A DNA stretch of 64,000 nt from an uncultured Chloroflexia bacterium (GTDB lineage: Bacteria; Chloroflexota; Limnocylindria; Limnocylindrales; CSP1-4). The stretch is taken from NCBI GenBank assembly GCA_963748625.1, contig CAVVJT010000007.1, forward strand, positions 480,001-544,000, given 5' to 3'. A program made the position numbers and the translations under genes. Below, in pieces: positions 1-12,747 of the stretch; the first letter of the stretch is position 1; every line of letters begins with the position of its first letter. The notes under the pieces are model-generated. The model did not search any database, was not told where the DNA came from, and saw only the letters and a list, made by a program, of their open reading frames with translations.

Positions 1-501
1 GGCGCTCGCGAGGATGACCTCCTCGCGCGGGATCGCGAGGACGTTCTCCAGCTCCTCCATGACCACGTCGGGCTGGGCGGACGGGAGGTCGATCTTGTTG
101 ATGACCGGGATGATGGTGAGCCCCTCGCGCATGGCGAGATGCACGTTGGCCAGCGTCTGGGCCTCGATCCCCTGGGCGGCGTCCACCACGAGGATGGCGC
201 CCTCGCAGGCCTGGAGGCTGCGGCTGACCTCGTAGCTGAAGTCGACGTGACCGGGGGTGTCGATCAGGTTCAGGCCGTACACCAGGCCGTCGTCCGCCGT
301 GTACTCCAGGCGCACCGCGCGCGCCTTGATGGTGATCCCCTTCTCCTTCTCGAGGTCCATGGAGTCCAGGACCTGCGAGGTCATCTGGCGCGCGTCGATC
401 GTGTGCGTCAGCTCGAGCAGGCGGTCCGACAGGGTCGTCTTGCCATGGTCGATGTGCGCGATGATCGAGAAGTTGCGCAGCCGGGACTGGGGGATGATCA
501 C
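1..501 (-). CDS. lepA: Elongation factor 4 (LepA), N-terminal part; runs off the window edge
   Basis: Manual translation from GTG at 501: [30 protein letters not shown]...[15 protein letters not shown]...[35 protein letters not shown]...NKID. Confidence 0.95.
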   Translation of the reverse strand, partial: MIIPQSRLRNFSIIAHIDHGKTTLSDRLLELTHTIDARQMTSQVLDSMDLEKEKGITIKARAVRLEYTADDGLVYGLNLIDTPGHVDFSYEVSRSLQACEGAILVVDAAQGIEAQTLANVHLAMREGLTIIPVINKIDLPSAQPDVVMEELENVLAIPREEVILASA

Positions 502-541
502 GAGGCGGGAGTGTACCCGGTGCGGAACGGGACCCCGCACG

Positions 542-679
542 CTGCGGTTCCCATCCTGCGGGAGAACCATCCCATCCTGCGCCGGAAATCCCACCCAGCG
601 GGAGTCTTGTCACCCGGGAGCCGCCTGATGCGCTTTTCCTCCCGCGGCCCGGGAGTCCTGGCGCATGGTGGAACCGTAG
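542..679. repeat. Long imperfect palindrome with an internal duplication of cccatcctgcg
   Basis: Left arm ctgcggttcccatcctgcg..ccggaaatccc..gcgggag pairs with ctcccgc..gggagtcctggcgcatggtggaaccgtag, using several G-T pairs. Confidence 0.6.
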
Positions 680-791
680 TCCCGGATCCCGGGGGTCGCC
701 TGGGCCTCGGTGCTGCGGTGGCGCAGGGCGGGGCGCGCGAAGGGGACAACCGCATACGCCAGCGTTGAGTGGGGTGTCGCATCCTCTGCCC

Positions 792-1448
792 ATGAGCACA
801 CGACAACGCCCGGCCGATGTGGGACGGGAGGATGCAGCCCGGCTCGCCGCGGATATGGGGCGTGAGCTGCGCCTCGCCCGGCGGATCGCCGGAGTGAGCC
901 AGGCAACGCTCGCCACCCGGGCAGGCATGTCCGACTCCCAGCTGAGCCGCCTCGAGAAGGGCCGCAGCGTGCGCGTCACCCTTGACCAGCTCTGTCGCGC
1001 CGCGCGCGCGGCGGAGCTGGAGACCTCGATCAAGCTCTACCCCACGGGCGTCACCATCCGGGATCGCGTCCAACTCGGGCTGCTCGCACGTTTCGAGGAG
1101 ATCCTCGCCCCGCCCATCCGCGTCCGCCGGGAAGTACCACTCCCTATCGTCGGCGACCTGCGCGCCTGGGATGCGCGCATCACCGACGGGCGGCGGACTG
1201 CGTCGATCGAGGCTGAGTCCAAGATCGTCGATGCGCAGGCGCTCCAGCGCCGTCTCGAGGCCAAGGTTCGCGACGACCCGGGCAGGGGGGTCGTGATCCT
1301 CGTCCTGAACCGGACCGCGCACAACCGGACCGTGCTCAGTGCCCACCGTGAGGCGTTCCGCGCCCTGCTCCCCCTCGATGGCGCGGCGATCCTGCGTCAC
1401 CTGCGGAGGGGTGAGGTCCCGCCGACGGGAGGGATCGTGATGCTCTGA
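792..1448 (+). CDS. XRE-family HTH protein with a C-terminal PD-(D/E)XK/DUF559-like domain
   Basis: ELRLARRIAGVSQATLATRAGMSDSQLSRLEKG (HTH); REVPL...AWDARI...IEAESK resembles a restriction-endonuclease-fold core. Confidence 0.75.
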   Translation: MSTRQRPADVGREDAARLAADMGRELRLARRIAGVSQATLATRAGMSDSQLSRLEKGRSVRVTLDQLCRAARAAELETSIKLYPTGVTIRDRVQLGLLARFEEILAPPIRVRREVPLPIVGDLRAWDARITDGRRTASIEAESKIVDAQALQRRLEAKVRDDPGRGVVILVLNRTAHNRTVLSAHREAFRALLPLDGAAILRHLRRGEVPPTGGIVML

Positions 1449-1505
1449 TTGCGATGGCCGATCACGAGCGGCGCCCCGCTCGCAGCGCCCGCCTACCATG
1501 CGCCC

Positions 1506-2252
1506 ATGACCGCCCGCTTCCGGACCCTCGCCCTCGTCGCGCCGCTGCTGCGCGCCCGCACGGGCCTGTTCGGGCGGGCCGAGCGTGCGATGGCGAGCGA
1601 GGAGGTGGAGGCGCACGCCGCCATTCTTGCCGTCATGCCGTCGGCCGTCGCCGCCTGGAGCGACGGCAACGCCGCGCTGGACCCATTCGAGGTCCGGGTC
1701 CTGGACGACGTGGTCCTCGACCGCCTCGACCGCTACGGAGCCGGCTGGTGGCCCTCGCCCGAAAGCCAGGAGGAACTGCTCGCCGCGCATGCCCGCCCGC
1801 GCGCCTGGGACTCCCTCATTCTCGTCTGGCCCGGTGACGCGGGCCTCGGCGGTGGCGCATGGGGCCTCAGCCGTGGCCCGGTCGCCGCCGCCGGCGGGGC
1901 CGGGTACTCGGCGATCACCAGCGGCTCCTGGCCCACCTACGCCACGGCCACCGACCCCGCGCACGGGTTCGTGCACGAGTGGCTGCACCAGGTGGAGGCG
2001 ATCTACCGGGACCTCGGCCTCGGGCGCGAGCAGCTGCCCGACCTCCACGACGTGGACGGCCGCGCGACCACCCGGCGTCCTGACCCGGACGGCGGCCGCA
2101 CCTACGTCGAGTGGGAGCGTGCGACCAGCTCCTGGCGCCCGTGGTACCGCGACTACATGACCGGCACCGTGGGCGCCGCCCCCGGTGAGCGACCAGGCGT
2201 CCGCGGCCTGACCTCCGAGCGCTGGGCGCGCCGTCGCGACCCCATCGCCTGA
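1506..2252 (+). CDS. Hypothetical zincin-like metalloprotein
   Basis: HGFVHEWLHQVE (HExxH); TACCAT 6 nt upstream of ATG 1506. Confidence 0.65.
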   Translation: MTARFRTLALVAPLLRARTGLFGRAERAMASEEVEAHAAILAVMPSAVAAWSDGNAALDPFEVRVLDDVVLDRLDRYGAGWWPSPESQEELLAAHARPRAWDSLILVWPGDAGLGGGAWGLSRGPVAAAGGAGYSAITSGSWPTYATATDPAHGFVHEWLHQVEAIYRDLGLGREQLPDLHDVDGRATTRRPDPDGGRTYVEWERATSSWRPWYRDYMTGTVGAAPGERPGVRGLTSERWARRRDPIA

Positions 2253-2272
2253 ACACGGTTACGATCGTCCTC

Positions 2273-2914
2273 ATGCCCGCCGACACCCTGCCCGACCACT
2301 TGCTCCTCGGCTACCGGAGGTTCCGCACCGAGCGCTACCCGGCTGAGCACGAGCGCTACCTGCGCCTCGCCGCCGAAGGCCAGCAGCCGCCGACGCTCGT
2401 GGTCGCGTGCTCGGATTCGCGCTCCGGCCCGGAGACGGTGTTCGATAGCGCTCCCGGCGAGCTGTTCGTGGTTCGCAACGTGGCTGCGCTGGTCCCCGTG
2501 TACGAGCCGGACAGCCGCAGTCATGCCGCGTCGGCGGCCCTGGAGTACGCCGTGCTCGCCTTGGGCGTCCGGCACATCGTGGTCATGGGCCATGGCCGGT
2601 GCGGCGGGGTCGCGGCCGCCCTCGACGATAGGACGCCGCTCTCGGCGACCGACTTCATCGGCTCCTGGGTGGCGCCCCTGCGCGACATCGCGATGGACAT
2701 CGATCCGAGCGACTGGGCGGATCCAGTCCGCATGCATCGCGAGCTCGAGTTCCGCAGCGTGGAGCAGAGCGTCTTCAACCTGCAGACCTTCCCGTGGATC
2801 CGGTCGCGTGAGCGTGCGGGCACGCTCGAGCTCGCCGGGGGCTGGTTCGACATCGCCCTGGGCGAGCTGCGGATGCTCACGCGCTCCGGCTGGGAGCGCG
2901 TGCCGGACGCCTGA
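2273..2914 (+). CDS. Beta-class carbonic anhydrase
   Basis: ACSDSR, PGELFVVRNVA, ALEYAV and GHGRCGG zinc-ligand motifs. Confidence 0.95.
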   Translation: MPADTLPDHLLLGYRRFRTERYPAEHERYLRLAAEGQQPPTLVVACSDSRSGPETVFDSAPGELFVVRNVAALVPVYEPDSRSHAASAALEYAVLALGVRHIVVMGHGRCGGVAAALDDRTPLSATDFIGSWVAPLRDIAMDIDPSDWADPVRMHRELEFRSVEQSVFNLQTFPWIRSRERAGTLELAGGWFDIALGELRMLTRSGWERVPDA

Positions 2915-2949
2915 TCTGCGCCCAGCCTCGACGCGAGGTCGAGTCCGGG

Positions 2950-3516
2950 TCAGACCTGGATGCGGGCGACCGTGAGCACCAGCAGCGCCAGACCGGAGAC
3001 GGCGGCTAGCCCGAAGAACACGATCGACGCACGGTAGATGTGGTATGTCGCCCTGGTCGCAGACAGGCCGAGGAACGCGTCGTCGCCCACGAATTTGCGG
3101 TTCGTCCGGTCCTCGTGGGTGAGTGCCGGCGGGTACTGCGAGTAGCCCAGGAGCGCCTCGATGTCGGCGACGGCGTGCATCTCGTACCACTCCCACCACA
3201 GGTGGTGACGGCGCTCGAGCGCGTAGAACAGGCCGGACACCACGGTGCCCATCACGCCCAGCACGCTCCATGCCGCGAACACCAGGGTGTCGAGCCCATC
3301 CTCGCCGGCACTGGAGATGAGGAAGGCGAGACCGGCGGTCAGCAGACTGACGTAGGTGAGGAACGCCGAGAGGTTGGAGAACCGGGAGTTCGCGTACATC
3401 CGCGCGTTCTCACCCGCCTGGCGATAGACCTCGAGGAGGTGGTCGTTCGTGGGCGGAGGGTCCGCATCCAGGTGCTCTGGGAGGTTCGGCCGGTACAGGT
3501 TGGCCTCGCTGCTCAT
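2950..3516 (-). CDS. Small three-helix membrane protein
   Basis: 188-aa ORF with three hydrophobic segments and coding-like codon usage. Confidence 0.7.
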   Translation of the reverse strand: MSSEANLYRPNLPEHLDADPPPTNDHLLEVYRQAGENARMYANSRFSNLSAFLTYVSLLTAGLAFLISSAGEDGLDTLVFAAWSVLGVMGTVVSGLFYALERRHHLWWEWYEMHAVADIEALLGYSQYPPALTHEDRTNRKFVGDDAFLGLSATRATYHIYRASIVFFGLAAVSGLALLVLTVARIQV

Positions 3517-3646
3517 GGGTACGGATCACCTTCGCTCGCTGGGCCCGACAGCTGCCTGCCGTCGGCACGGCGACCATACCAGCGCGCCCCGGCCTCCTGG
3601 ACCCGGATCGGGGGACCGGATGGGCCGGCCGGACTACGATGCATGC

Positions 3647-5305
3647 ATGAGCGCGAACCACCACACCCCGGCGACACCCATCGACCAGACGCCCGAGTGG
3701 CGCGCGCTGGCCGAGCACCACGCGACAGTGCGGGACCTGCACCTGCGCGACCTGTTCGCCGCGGACCCAGAGCGCGCCTCGCGCTGTACGGCCGAAGGGG
3801 CGGGCCTCTTCCTCGACTACTCGAAGCATCGGATCACAGCGGACACGCTGCCGCTGCTGGTCGCGCTCGCCCGAGTCGCGGGTGTGGAGGCGCGGCGCGA
3901 GCAGATGTTCGGTGGCGTCCACATCAACGAGACCGAGGACCGGGCCGTCCTCCACACCGCGCTGCGAATCCCGCACGGCGAGGCCGTGGTGGTTGACGGG
4001 CAGGATGTCGGCGACGACGTCCATGCCGTGCTCGATGCCATGGCGGCGTTCGCGGTCCGCGTGCGCGACGGCGAGTGGACGGGCTTCACCGGGAAGCGGA
4101 TCCGGACCGTCGTCAACATCGGCATCGGCGGCTCGGACCTGGGGCCGGCCATGGCCACCGAGGCCCTCCGCCACTACGCGCTCAAGACGATGCAGTTCCG
4201 GTTCGTGTCCAACATCGACGGGACGGACATCCGCGATGCCACCCTTGACCTGGACCCCGCCGAGACGCTGTTCGTGGTCGCGTCCAAGACGTTCACGACG
4301 CTCGAGACGCTGACCAACGCCCGCACGGCGCGCGCCTGGCTGCTGGCGGGGCTTGGAGGCGACGAAGCGGCCGTCGCGAAGCACTTCGTGGCCGTCAGCA
4401 CCAACGCCACGAAGGTGGCCGAGTTCGGCATCGACACGGCCAACATGTTCGGCTTCTGGGACTGGGTCGGCGGGCGGTACTCGATGGATTCGGCCATCGG
4501 CCTGTCCTTGATGCTTGCCATCGGGCCTGACGACTTCCGCCAGCTGCTTGCGGGCTTCCACGACATGGACCGGCACTTCCGCCTCGCACCGCTGGACGAG
4601 AACCTGCCGGTGCTGATAGCGCTGCTCGGTGTCTGGTACGCGGACTTCTTCGGCTTCGAGTCGCACGCCGTCCTGCCCTACAGCCAGGAGCTCAGCCGCT
4701 TCCCTGCGTACCTGCAGCAGCTCGACATGGAGTCGAACGGCAAGTCCGTCCGGCTCGATGGCAGCCGGGTGACCTACCACACGGGCCCGATCGTCTGGGG
4801 CACGGCCGGCACCAACGGCCAGCATGCCTACTACCAGCTCCTGCACCAGGGTACGCACATCGTGCCCGCGGACCTGGTCGGCTTCATCAATCCGACCACC
4901 GACATCGGCGACCACCACGACCTGCTCAACGCGAACCTGTTCGCCCAGGCCGAGGCGTTCGCGTTCGGCAAGACCCGCGAGCAGGTGGTGGCCGAGGGGA
5001 CGCCTGCGCACCAGGTGGAGCACCGCGTGTTCGACGGCAACCGGCCCACGTCGGTGCTCCTCGCCGACAAACTGACGCCGCGCGTGCTTGGCGCCCTCGT
5101 CGCCCTGTACGAGCACAAGGTGTTCGTGCAGGGCGTGATCTGGGGCATCGACTCGTTCGACCAGTGGGGCGTGGAGCTGGGCAAGGTCCTGGCCACGAGG
5201 ATCGCCTCGGAGCTCATGGCCGGGGCCGATCCGGTTGCCAACGACCATGACGCATCAACGACCGAGCTGATCCAGCGCTACCGCGAGCGGCGCATCCGCG
5301 GGTAG
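3647..5305 (+). CDS. pgi: Glucose-6-phosphate isomerase
   Basis: [49 protein letters not shown]. Confidence 0.98.
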   Translation: MSANHHTPATPIDQTPEWRALAEHHATVRDLHLRDLFAADPERASRCTAEGAGLFLDYSKHRITADTLPLLVALARVAGVEARREQMFGGVHINETEDRAVLHTALRIPHGEAVVVDGQDVGDDVHAVLDAMAAFAVRVRDGEWTGFTGKRIRTVVNIGIGGSDLGPAMATEALRHYALKTMQFRFVSNIDGTDIRDATLDLDPAETLFVVASKTFTTLETLTNARTARAWLLAGLGGDEAAVAKHFVAVSTNATKVAEFGIDTANMFGFWDWVGGRYSMDSAIGLSLMLAIGPDDFRQLLAGFHDMDRHFRLAPLDENLPVLIALLGVWYADFFGFESHAVLPYSQELSRFPAYLQQLDMESNGKSVRLDGSRVTYHTGPIVWGTAGTNGQHAYYQLLHQGTHIVPADLVGFINPTTDIGDHHDLLNANLFAQAEAFAFGKTREQVVAEGTPAHQVEHRVFDGNRPTSVLLADKLTPRVLGALVALYEHKVFVQGVIWGIDSFDQWGVELGKVLATRIASELMAGADPVANDHDASTTELIQRYRERRIRG

Positions 5306-5507
5306 CGGGCGGGCGTTCTCAGGCCCGCCACATCTTTGGGGCGCCAAGGCGAAGGCAGCTCGGTCAGGGCACTGGCCGGTGGACGAATCGGTGGTGTTCG
5401 CTGATTCGTCCCGGCCTCTGCTACCATTCGCGGTCGCGCTTCGGGTTCCTCTCGCCCAAGTGCAAGTTTGACGTGACTTCCTTACTACGGAACGGAGATC
5501 AGCCACC

Positions 5508-6287
5508 TTGGCTAGAACGCCCCGAAAGTGGCAGGGCGCTCGCAACCCGTCCGGGCTGAAGCGTGTTCGCCAGTCCGAGCGTCGGCACGCGATCCTGCAG
5601 CCCCGCCGGTCAGCGGCGAAGACCCTCGTTGCCAAGGCCGTGACCACCGCCACCGCGCAGCCTGAGAGCGCCGACGTCGCGACCACGCTGAGCGAGGCGA
5701 TCTCGGCCCTCGATCGTGCCGCCAAGGCGGGCGCGATCCACCCGAACGCCGCCGCGCGCCGCAAGAGCCGGCTCGTCAAGAAGATCAACGCTACCCAGGC
5801 CGGCACGACGGTCGCTTCGGCGCACGTTGCGAAGACCACCGGCAAGGCCGCCGCTCTGAAGGCCGCCAAGGCCCGCATCGCGGCCGGCAAGGCCGCCAAG
5901 GCCAAGGGCGCCCAGACGGCTGCGGGCAAGGCGAAGGCCGCCTTCTCGAAGACGACCCGCGCCGAGACCACGCCGGCTCCGACGGCGGCACCCGCCGCTG
6001 CGGCACCGGCCGGCAAGGCCACCAGGGCCAAGGCCGCCCCCAAGGCAACCGCCGCCAAGACGGCAGCTGCGAAGCCTGCCGCCAAGGCGACGACCACCAA
6101 GGCCGCGCCGAAGACGACCGCTACCAAGACGGCGGCTGCGAAGCCTGCCGCCAAGGCGACGACCACCAAGGCCGCCGCCAAGCCGGCAGCCAAGGCGACG
6201 ACCACCAAGGCCGCAGCCAAGCCGGCAGCCGAGAAGCCTGCCGCCGCGAAGACCACGAAGGCCAAGAAGACCGAGACGCCCGAGTAG
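5508..6287 (+). CDS. rpsT: 30S ribosomal protein S20 with a long Ala/Lys-rich C-terminal tail
   Basis: SGLKRVRQSERR...SALDRAAKAGAIHPNAAARRKSRL is S20; about 160 aa of Ala/Lys/Thr-rich sequence with KPAAKATTTKAA repeats follows. Confidence 0.9.
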   Translation: MARTPRKWQGARNPSGLKRVRQSERRHAILQPRRSAAKTLVAKAVTTATAQPESADVATTLSEAISALDRAAKAGAIHPNAAARRKSRLVKKINATQAGTTVASAHVAKTTGKAAALKAAKARIAAGKAAKAKGAQTAAGKAKAAFSKTTRAETTPAPTAAPAAAAPAGKATRAKAAPKATAAKTAAAKPAAKATTTKAAPKTTATKTAAAKPAAKATTTKAAAKPAAKATTTKAAAKPAAEKPAAAKTTKAKKTETPE

Positions 6288-6310
6288 TCTCCAACCCCGC
6301 ACCAACGACG

Positions 6311-6340
6311 AACGCCCCGGTCATCGACCGGGGCGTTTTC
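6311..6340 (+). terminator. Intrinsic terminator after rpsT
   Basis: aacgccccggtc-atc-gaccggggcgtt followed by further T residues. Confidence 0.85.
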
Positions 6341-6368
6341 GATTCGCTGTGGGCGGCCCCCTCCGACC

Positions 6369-6461
6369 TGGAGTCACCCGGCGAGGCTCAGTGCACGGCG
6401 CGTGCACCGAAGTCGAGGTTGCGCGCACGGCCGCAGCGTGCGCGATCCCCGGGTGACTCCA
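6369..6461. repeat. REP-like branched palindrome between convergent genes
   Basis: 13-bp perfect inverted repeat tggagtcacccgg/ccgggtgactcca enclosing two hairpins (gtgcacg/cgtgcac; cgcgcacg/cgtgcgcg). Confidence 0.7.
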
Positions 6462-6483
6462 CGCCGAGTCGGCGCGGGGCCGA

Positions 6484-7047
6484 TCAGCCCGCCTGGGCCT
6501 CGGGCTCCGGCTTGCGCCGGTTCGTGACCCCGTACATCAGCCCACCGAACAGGGCGCCCGCCACGGAGAACACCAGCATCTGCCCCGACGTGGCCACCTG
6601 CTGGGACCAGTAGTAGGCGGTGAAGCTCTCGACGTCGGTGACGCCGGCCGCCTCGAAGGCCGCCGGGTTGTCCACGAAGGCGAGATAGCGCTGGTAGACG
6701 CAGTCGGCGCCACGCTCGCAGGCAAGCGGGCCGCCCATGGATGCGTCGCGGTAGCCGTTGTCCGCGCTGAAGAAGATCGCCTTCACGCCGGGCATGAGCA
6801 CCGCGTACGTGAGGCCGGTGACCACGCCCGCGAGCAGCGCGTTGGCGATGACCCGCCGCCACGGCCCGCCCACGCGCTCGGATCGCGCGTTGGCGTAGTA
6901 GCCGATCATCATCCCGCCGAACAGCGCGAACGGGCCGATGAGGAACTCGATGGGGATGACCAGCATGAAGGACACGATGACCGTGACCGCCATGCCCAGG
7001 CCCACAAACGAGGCGGTGATCGCACCGCGATCCACGAAACGGCTCAC
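6484..7047 (-). CDS. Hypothetical membrane protein (about 4 TM)
   Basis: Hydrophobic helices with a Cys-pair loop; downstream of eno. Confidence 0.75.
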   Translation of the reverse strand: MSRFVDRGAITASFVGLGMAVTVIVSFMLVIPIEFLIGPFALFGGMMIGYYANARSERVGGPWRRVIANALLAGVVTGLTYAVLMPGVKAIFFSADNGYRDASMGGPLACERGADCVYQRYLAFVDNPAAFEAAGVTDVESFTAYYWSQQVATSGQMLVFSVAGALFGGLMYGVTNRRKPEPEAQAG

Positions 7048-7112
7048 GGCGCGTCCCCCGAGAGGAGGGCGCGCCGTGTGATGGCGAAGGAATTGGGACG
7101 CATGGACAAGGG

Positions 7113-9643
<2,531 letters not shown>

Positions 9644-9680
9644 GGTCACGTTCCTTCCGGGAGCCGCTTCGGGCTCCGGG

Positions 9681-11012
<1,332 letters not shown>

Positions 11013-11101
11013 TCAGGTCGGAATCCTAGCAAACCGGGGTGCAGGCTCTGCGGGCACCCGACCCTGACCGCGGGGGCCTTGCGGACCTAGGCCGTACACC
11101 A

Positions 11102-11136
11102 TTGAGCCCCCTCCGGCAGGGCCGGAGGGGGCTCAA
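11102..11136 (-). terminator. Perfect 16-bp hairpin downstream of the DUF5679-like gene
   Basis: ttgagccccctccggc-agg-gccggagggggctcaa; weak U-tract. Confidence 0.6.
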
Positions 11137-11161
11137 CGTCATCATGACGATGCAGGCTGGG

Positions 11162-11302
11162 TCAGCCGCCGATCCGGAAGACCTTGCCGCCGCACTTCGG
11201 GCAGGTGCCCTTCAGCGCGGGCTTGCCGTTCTTCATCGTGATCTGCTCGGGGTTCTGGACCTCGACCTTTTCCTTGTCCTTGACGCAATAGGCCTCAGCC
11301 AT
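11162..11302 (-). CDS. Small zinc-ribbon-like protein (DUF5679-like), 46 aa
   Basis: MAEAYCVKDKEKVEVQNPEQITMKNGKPALKGTCPKCGGKVFRIGG; strong RBS gaggaggag. Confidence 0.85.
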   Translation of the reverse strand: MAEAYCVKDKEKVEVQNPEQITMKNGKPALKGTCPKCGGKVFRIGG

Positions 11303-11378
11303 TGTCCACTCCTCCTCACGCAGGGTCGCGTCGCGAGAGCACGCCTCTCGAGTCCGCAAGGTCAGTGATCTGTGGCAC

Positions 11379-12293
11379 TCACGTGGCCTGCCAGAGCGAC
11401 GGGCGCCACCGCGCCGCACCGGCCTCGGACGTCTGGCGATCGATCTCGGCGAGGATGCGGAGGCTCTCCAGCCCCGTTTCCACGGCGGACCGCTCGGCCA
11501 GGTCCTTGATGTCGCCTTCGACGAACTCACCGGTCTGGCGGTTGGCATAGACGGCGCACACGACGCCGGCACGACACCCGGCCAGTCCTGCAAGCACGAG
11601 GACGGCGGACGCTTCCATCTCGAAGTTGAGGATGCCCTGGCGGGTCATCTCAGCAGCGAGGTCAGGGTAACGGATGGGAAGCTGCGGGATGGGTCGGCCC
11701 TGCGCACCGTAGAACCCGGGCGCGGTGGCCGTCAGTCCCACGTGGTACGTGAAGCCGAGGCCCTCCGCAGCCTCCACCAGCGCCAGCACGGCCTCGTGGT
11801 GCGCGACGGCGGGATAGCCCTCGTGCACGAACCAGCTGGTCGTGGTCTCGAGCCGGACCGATCCGGTCGAGATGACGAGGTCGCCCAGGGCCATGCCCGG
11901 CTGGAGCGCCCCACACGACCCGATCCGCACAAACGTCGGCTTGTCCGTGATCGCGAGGATTTCCGCGATCACGATCTCGACATTGTCGGTGCCGATGCCC
12001 GTGGAGACGACCGACACGCGCTGGCCCTTGTACAGGCCGGTCGCGCTGGCGAACTCGCGATGGCGATGGGTGCGCTCGACGGAGTCGAAGTACGCGGCCA
12101 CCTTGGCGACGCGATCCTGGTCACCGGGGAGAAGGATGTAGTCCGCCAGCTCGCCCGGCCCGAGGCCGATGTGGTACTGGCGATCCCCGGCAGGAGTCGC
12201 GACGCGGGTGTCGGGGTTCGACAAGAGCGGCCTCCCTGTGCGCCCACGCTCGAAGAGGCGTGAGGTCCGGGCGAGGATAGGCGGGCGATTCAC
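11379..12293 (-). CDS. udp: Uridine/nucleoside phosphorylase (start uncertain)
   Basis: QYHIGL, LLPGD..RV, HREF, STGIG, RIGSCGAL, FYGAQGR, NFEMEAS. Confidence 0.88.
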   Translation of the reverse strand: MNRPPILARTSRLFERGRTGRPLLSNPDTRVATPAGDRQYHIGLGPGELADYILLPGDQDRVAKVAAYFDSVERTHRHREFASATGLYKGQRVSVVSTGIGTDNVEIVIAEILAITDKPTFVRIGSCGALQPGMALGDLVISTGSVRLETTTSWFVHEGYPAVAHHEAVLALVEAAEGLGFTYHVGLTATAPGFYGAQGRPIPQLPIRYPDLAAEMTRQGILNFEMEASAVLVLAGLAGCRAGVVCAVYANRQTGEFVEGDIKDLAERSAVETGLESLRILAEIDRQTSEAGAARWRPSLWQAT

Positions 12294-12397
12294 ACAGCGT
12301 CAAGCCGATTTGCGCACGTTTGCGCCGTGCGGACGGCGTTCGTGGCCGTTCGAGGGCCGCAGGCGGGCTTGCATGGGCCGGCCGTGCGACCGTTGTG

Positions 12398-12598
12398 CGG
12401 GGGGGTGCGGGGCCCGGTCGGGGGGTGCGAACCCGGCCGGGGGGCCGAGGGCCCGGCCGGAGGGGGTGCTGGGCCCGGCCGGGGGGCGAGGGCCCGGCCG
12501 GGGGGTGCGAACCCGGCCGGGGGTGCGAACCCGGCCGGGGCGTGCGAGGGCCCGGCCGGGGGGGTGCGAACCCGGCCGGGGCGTGCGAGGGCCCGCGG
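12398..12598. repeat. Degenerate tandem array of about ten 18-22 bp units with palindromic core CCCGGCCGGG and G-runs
   Basis: Units gtgcgaacccggccggggg and gcgagggcccggccggggg are interspersed. Confidence 0.85.
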
Positions 12599-12604
12599 CA
12601 CGGG

Positions 12605-12717
12605 CGCCCCACGTGGGGGTCGTTTCTGGACATCTCGAGCGTGGTCCGGGGACGAACGTCGAGGTTCGACGCGCAGACCACGCTCACGACCGGCGGACTT
12701 GGCCCCCACGTGGGGCG
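12605..12717. repeat. 113-nt rod-like imperfect palindrome
   Basis: Perfect 15-bp outer inverted repeat cgccccacgtggggg/cccccacgtggggcg; inner gagcgtggtc/gaccacgctc and cgaac/gttcg. Confidence 0.8.
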
Positions 12718-12747
12718 GGCGCACGATGGGCCCGGTGCTGCCGCGTC

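Noticed and set aside
12398-12598. Possible CRISPR array
   Set aside because: Units are about 20 bp, adjacent and degenerate, with no unique spacers and no cas genes in the window.
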